A stretch of 64,000 nucleotides of DNA from Thermoanaerobaculia bacterium (GTDB lineage Bacteria > Acidobacteriota > Thermoanaerobaculia > UBA5066): assembly GCA_963719225.1 (NCBI GenBank), contig CAVRAY010000001.1, positions 480,001 through 544,000 on the forward strand, written 5' to 3'. Shown one piece after another: positions 61,103-64,000 of the stretch. Every line of letters starts with the position of its first letter. Positions within the stretch are counted from its first letter, which is position 1. Under the pieces are notes generated by a model. That model was not told the DNA's origin and ran no database searches. It saw nothing but the letters and a program-made list of their open reading frames with translations. The translations under genes and the position numbers were made by a program.

Positions 61103-61837
61103 GTGAAGACCCAAGCACGATCGCTGTGGCATAACGCGCGCGTGATCCTCTTCGAGAACGAAGACGTCCTCGCCCTCGACAAGCCGGCGGGCATCTCGAT
61201 GGCGACGTCGACGAAGGAGGGAAAATCCGGCGCGGACGCGGTCGCGCGCCTGTTCGCGGCCTGCGCCCTTCCCACGCCCGATCCGCCTCCGCTCCTCGTC
61301 CACCGCCTGGACGCGGGGACTTCGGGCGTCGTCCTCCTCGCGAAAACGTCCGAGGCGCACCGCGCGCTGAGCCTCGCGCTCCAGGAACGCCGCGTGAAGA
61401 AGACGTACCGCGCACTGGTCTGGGGACACCCGGTCCCCGCGAAGGGAACGATCGACCTCCCGCTCCAGCGCGATCAGAAGGACGGCCGCAAGATGCGCGT
61501 CTCGGCGGAGGGGAAGCCCAGCCGGACGCGCTATGCGACGCTCCGGAGGTTCTCGTCTCTCGCGGATCTCGAGCTCCATCCCGAGACCGGGCGCACGCAT
61601 CAGATCCGCGTCCATCTCTCGGCGAAGGGGCATCCCATCGCGGGCGACGACTTCTACGGCGGGTCGAGCCGGTGGCACGGCATGCGCGACCCGGGACTCC
61701 GCGAGGCGCTCAGGAGAGTCGTGCGGCCGCTTCTCCACGCTTCGCGTGTCGAGATTCCGGAGATGGGCGTCGACGTGACGGCCCCGCTGCCCGGGGATTA
61801 CGTCGAGATCTTGGCTTCCCTCGCGGCCTCAGCGTGA
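61103..61837 (+). CDS. RluA-family pseudouridine synthase
   Basis: DKPAG, VHRLDAGTSG, TGRTHQIRVH, HPIAGD, LHA; true start may be GTG 61142. Confidence 0.93.
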   Translation: MKTQARSLWHNARVILFENEDVLALDKPAGISMATSTKEGKSGADAVARLFAACALPTPDPPPLLVHRLDAGTSGVVLLAKTSEAHRALSLALQERRVKKTYRALVWGHPVPAKGTIDLPLQRDQKDGRKMRVSAEGKPSRTRYATLRRFSSLADLELHPETGRTHQIRVHLSAKGHPIAGDDFYGGSSRWHGMRDPGLREALRRVVRPLLHASRVEIPEMGVDVTAPLPGDYVEILASLAASA

Positions 61838-62974
61838 GGGCGCGGACGAACGCGAGAGCAGGCGCCGGGCCCCGCAACCCTTCGTCGCGAGGAACGTCGC
61901 GGCTCCCGCGAGAAGAACGAGGCTCGCGACGAGCAGAAGGACCAGAGGGCCCTTCTTCGGAGGCGGAAGCTCGCTCGTCACGGGGGCGGCGGCCGGGCGC
62001 CTCGACGTGAGAGGGGCCGTGGAATCGGCGAGGGAGGGCGGGGGGGCGACGTCGGCGAAGGCGGAGATCTCGCGCGTGATCGCGCTCTTGACGGGCCTCG
62101 CGTGGAGATCGCGCCGCGCGACGACGAGGTCGAGGATCATCTGGCCGGCGCTTCCGTATCGATCCAGCGGCTCCTTCTTGAGGGCTCTCGCGACGATCTG
62201 CTTCAGGGTGTCGGGCACGAGGTCGGGCTCGGGCCACGGGTCCGCCTCCTTGGTCATCATCTTGGCCACCATCTGGGTCACGCTCGCGCCCGAGAAGGGG
62301 TGCACGCCGGCCAGCATCTGGTAGAAGACGATGCCGAAGGAGAAGAGGTCCGACCGCTCGTCGAGCGGGTTTCCGAGCGCCTGCTCCGGAGAGAGGTAGT
62401 CGAGCGTGCCGACGATCATTCCCTCGCCCGTCTGCCGGTGCGAGCGGGACGTGTCGCGCGCGCCCTCGGCGAGGAGCTTGCTGAGGCCGAAGTCGAGCAC
62501 CTTGACGCGGCCGTCCGGCGCGAGCATGAGGTTCGAGGGCGTGATGTCCCGGTGGAGGATGCGGTTCTGGTGCGCGACCTTCAGGCCCTCGAGCGCCTGG
62601 ATCGCGATGTCGAGGCACTCCGTGATGGAAAGCCTCCGCTTGTCCATGATCTCGTCGAGACCCTCGCCTTCCAGGTACTCGAGGACGAGATAGAGCGAGC
62701 CCGGTGGAAATCCCACGTCGCGCGCCTCGGTCGTCGCGAGATCGTGGATCGTGATGACGTTCGGATGATTGAGCGCCGCGACGGCGCGCGCCTCGTTCAT
62801 GAACCGCCCGCGCATCTTCGTGTCGCTCTGGAGCGCGGCCGGCAGGATCTTGATGGCGACGCGGCGCCCGAGCGCCGAATCCGTCGCGAGATAGACCTCT
62901 CCCATGCCGCCCCGGCCGAGCAAGCGGAGGATCTCGTACCGGCCGATGCTCTTGGGAAGTGGTTCCGCGGACAA
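61829..62974 (-). CDS. Ser/Thr protein kinase with C-terminal TM anchor
   Basis: LGRGGMGEVY, VAIK, HRDITPSN, DFGL, GTLDYLSPEQ; hydrophobic C-terminal helix. Confidence 0.92.
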   Translation of the reverse strand: MSAEPLPKSIGRYEILRLLGRGGMGEVYLATDSALGRRVAIKILPAALQSDTKMRGRFMNEARAVAALNHPNVITIHDLATTEARDVGFPPGSLYLVLEYLEGEGLDEIMDKRRLSITECLDIAIQALEGLKVAHQNRILHRDITPSNLMLAPDGRVKVLDFGLSKLLAEGARDTSRSHRQTGEGMIVGTLDYLSPEQALGNPLDERSDLFSFGIVFYQMLAGVHPFSGASVTQMVAKMMTKEADPWPEPDLVPDTLKQIVARALKKEPLDRYGSAGQMILDLVVARRDLHARPVKSAITREISAFADVAPPPSLADSTAPLTSRRPAAAPVTSELPPPKKGPLVLLLVASLVLLAGAATFLATKGCGARRLLSRSSAPSR

Positions 62975-63008
62975 CGCGACGCAAGTATAGGGAGTCCGGG
63001 GCCTTCGA

Positions 63009-63590
63009 TCAGGCGGGCGGAAGCGGCGCCGGGTCGAGCGCCATCAATATCGTCAGGGTGTTTCCCCCGTCGCGCGTCGTCGAGGTGAGGCCCGTCCGCG
63101 CGAAGAGACGAAGCATCCGCTCGTTGTTCTTCAGGACCTCGGCTTCGAAGACGGAGATCCCCCGCGCGCGCGCGAGCGTCGCGATTCGATGAAAGAGAAG
63201 GCTTCCGAGGCCCCGGCCCTGAAACGTGTCCGCCACCGTGAACGCGACCTCGGCGTGAGTGGGCCGATCGGGATAGCGCTCCCACCGTGCGACTCCCACG
63301 ATGGCCCCCGCCGTCTCGGCGACGAGGGCGTAACGAGCCTCGTAGTCCACGCGAGCGAGGTACTGCGCCTTCCCCGCGTCCTTGTCGGGAACGGCGAAGA
63401 ACCGGAAATAGAGGCTGTCGGGCGAAAGGCGGTCGTAGAGCGCCAGGAGGCCGGCGGCGTCGTCGCCGCGGATCGGGCGCAGGTGCAGCGCCACGCCGTC
63501 TCGGAGGACGACATCGGATTCGTCCGTGGCCGGATAGGTCGCGCTCGCGCGGGATCGGCCGTCCAGCTCCTCCCGAATCGTTCGAACCAC
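63009..63590 (-). CDS. GNAT acetyltransferase (Pat-like GNAT domain, stand-alone)
   Basis: LRDG..LRPI, SLYFRFF, AEVAFTVAD.FQGRGLGS, NERML. Confidence 0.87.
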   Translation of the reverse strand: MVRTIREELDGRSRASATYPATDESDVVLRDGVALHLRPIRGDDAAGLLALYDRLSPDSLYFRFFAVPDKDAGKAQYLARVDYEARYALVAETAGAIVGVARWERYPDRPTHAEVAFTVADTFQGRGLGSLLFHRIATLARARGISVFEAEVLKNNERMLRLFARTGLTSTTRDGGNTLTILMALDPAPLPPA

Positions 63591-63721
63591 GCTCCGATGA
63601 TTTCACGGAGCCTGGTGTTTTGGCTTCCCGTACACGCGCGTCGGATTTTTCGCGACCTGCTTTCCTTCGACGTCGAAAGGCGATAGAACGCGCCGTCACT
63701 CGGCATCCGAAGGGGGGCGAC

Positions 63722-64000
63722 ATGAAGCTCATCACGACGATCATCCGGCCCGAGAAGCTGGCGGACGTGAAGGCCGCCCTTTTCCGCGCGGGAGTGACCG
63801 GGATTTCGCTGTCGCGGGTGCAGGGGCACGGGGGCGAGCACGAGACCGTCGAGCAGTACCGCGGCACGACGCTCGTCTTCGAGTTCGTCGAGAAGGTGCG
63901 CATCGACATCGCCGTCTCGGAGCCGTTCGTGGAGCCCACGATCGCGGCGATCCTCGCGGGAGCGCGCACGGGCGAAGTCGGCGACGGCAAGATCTTCGTC
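63722..64000 (+). CDS. glnB: PII nitrogen regulatory protein (3'-truncated by window edge)
   Basis: Translated by hand: MKLITTIIRPEKL...YRG...ARTGEVGDGKIFV. Confidence 0.92.
   Translation, partial: MKLITTIIRPEKLADVKAALFRAGVTGISLSRVQGHGGEHETVEQYRGTTLVFEFVEKVRIDIAVSEPFVEPTIAAILAGARTGEVGDGKIFV

Noticed and set aside
63600-63720. Possible sigma54 promoter before the PII gene
   Set aside because: TGGC is present but there is no correctly spaced TTGC -12 element.

Overview
High-GC bacterial chromosomal window; gene content and secreted repeat-domain proteins suggest an Acidobacteriota-like organism (inference). 1-22.7 kb is a surface-polysaccharide/EPS locus: Wzm/Wzt, GT2/GT4s, deacetylase, O-antigen ligase/polymerase-like protein, CapK-like ligase, FemAB-like GNAT, two DegT aminotransferases (one frameshifted), phosphoglycosyl transferase, PglF/CapD, an atypical LuxR regulator, an outer-membrane barrel, Wza and CpsB. 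Housekeeping and accessory genes follow (speA, cobW-like, pip, pckG, psd, amino-acid ABC, korAB, VIT1, Rieske oxygenase, ECF sigma + Ser/Thr kinase, MFS, RluA-family, PII). The best candidate for an undescribed system is a tightly coupled three-gene unit at 38.4-42.2 kb: membrane-anchored peptidoglycan amidase, MamK-like actin and a Pro-rich bitopic SPOR protein, with no magnetosome genes in the window. Next to it is a complete IS1202-family element with a 17-bp target duplication, inserted just upstream of a vapBC promoter. Other oddities are a 149-bp-period duplication creating a coupled uORF before pglF, AT-rich AGATTTCTT-containing in-frame patches in protein loops, many apparently leaderless genes, a shared N-terminal scaffold carrying different C-terminal modules, and a PII lacking Gln39/Tyr51. 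All family calls come from motif recognition by eye; no searches were run.
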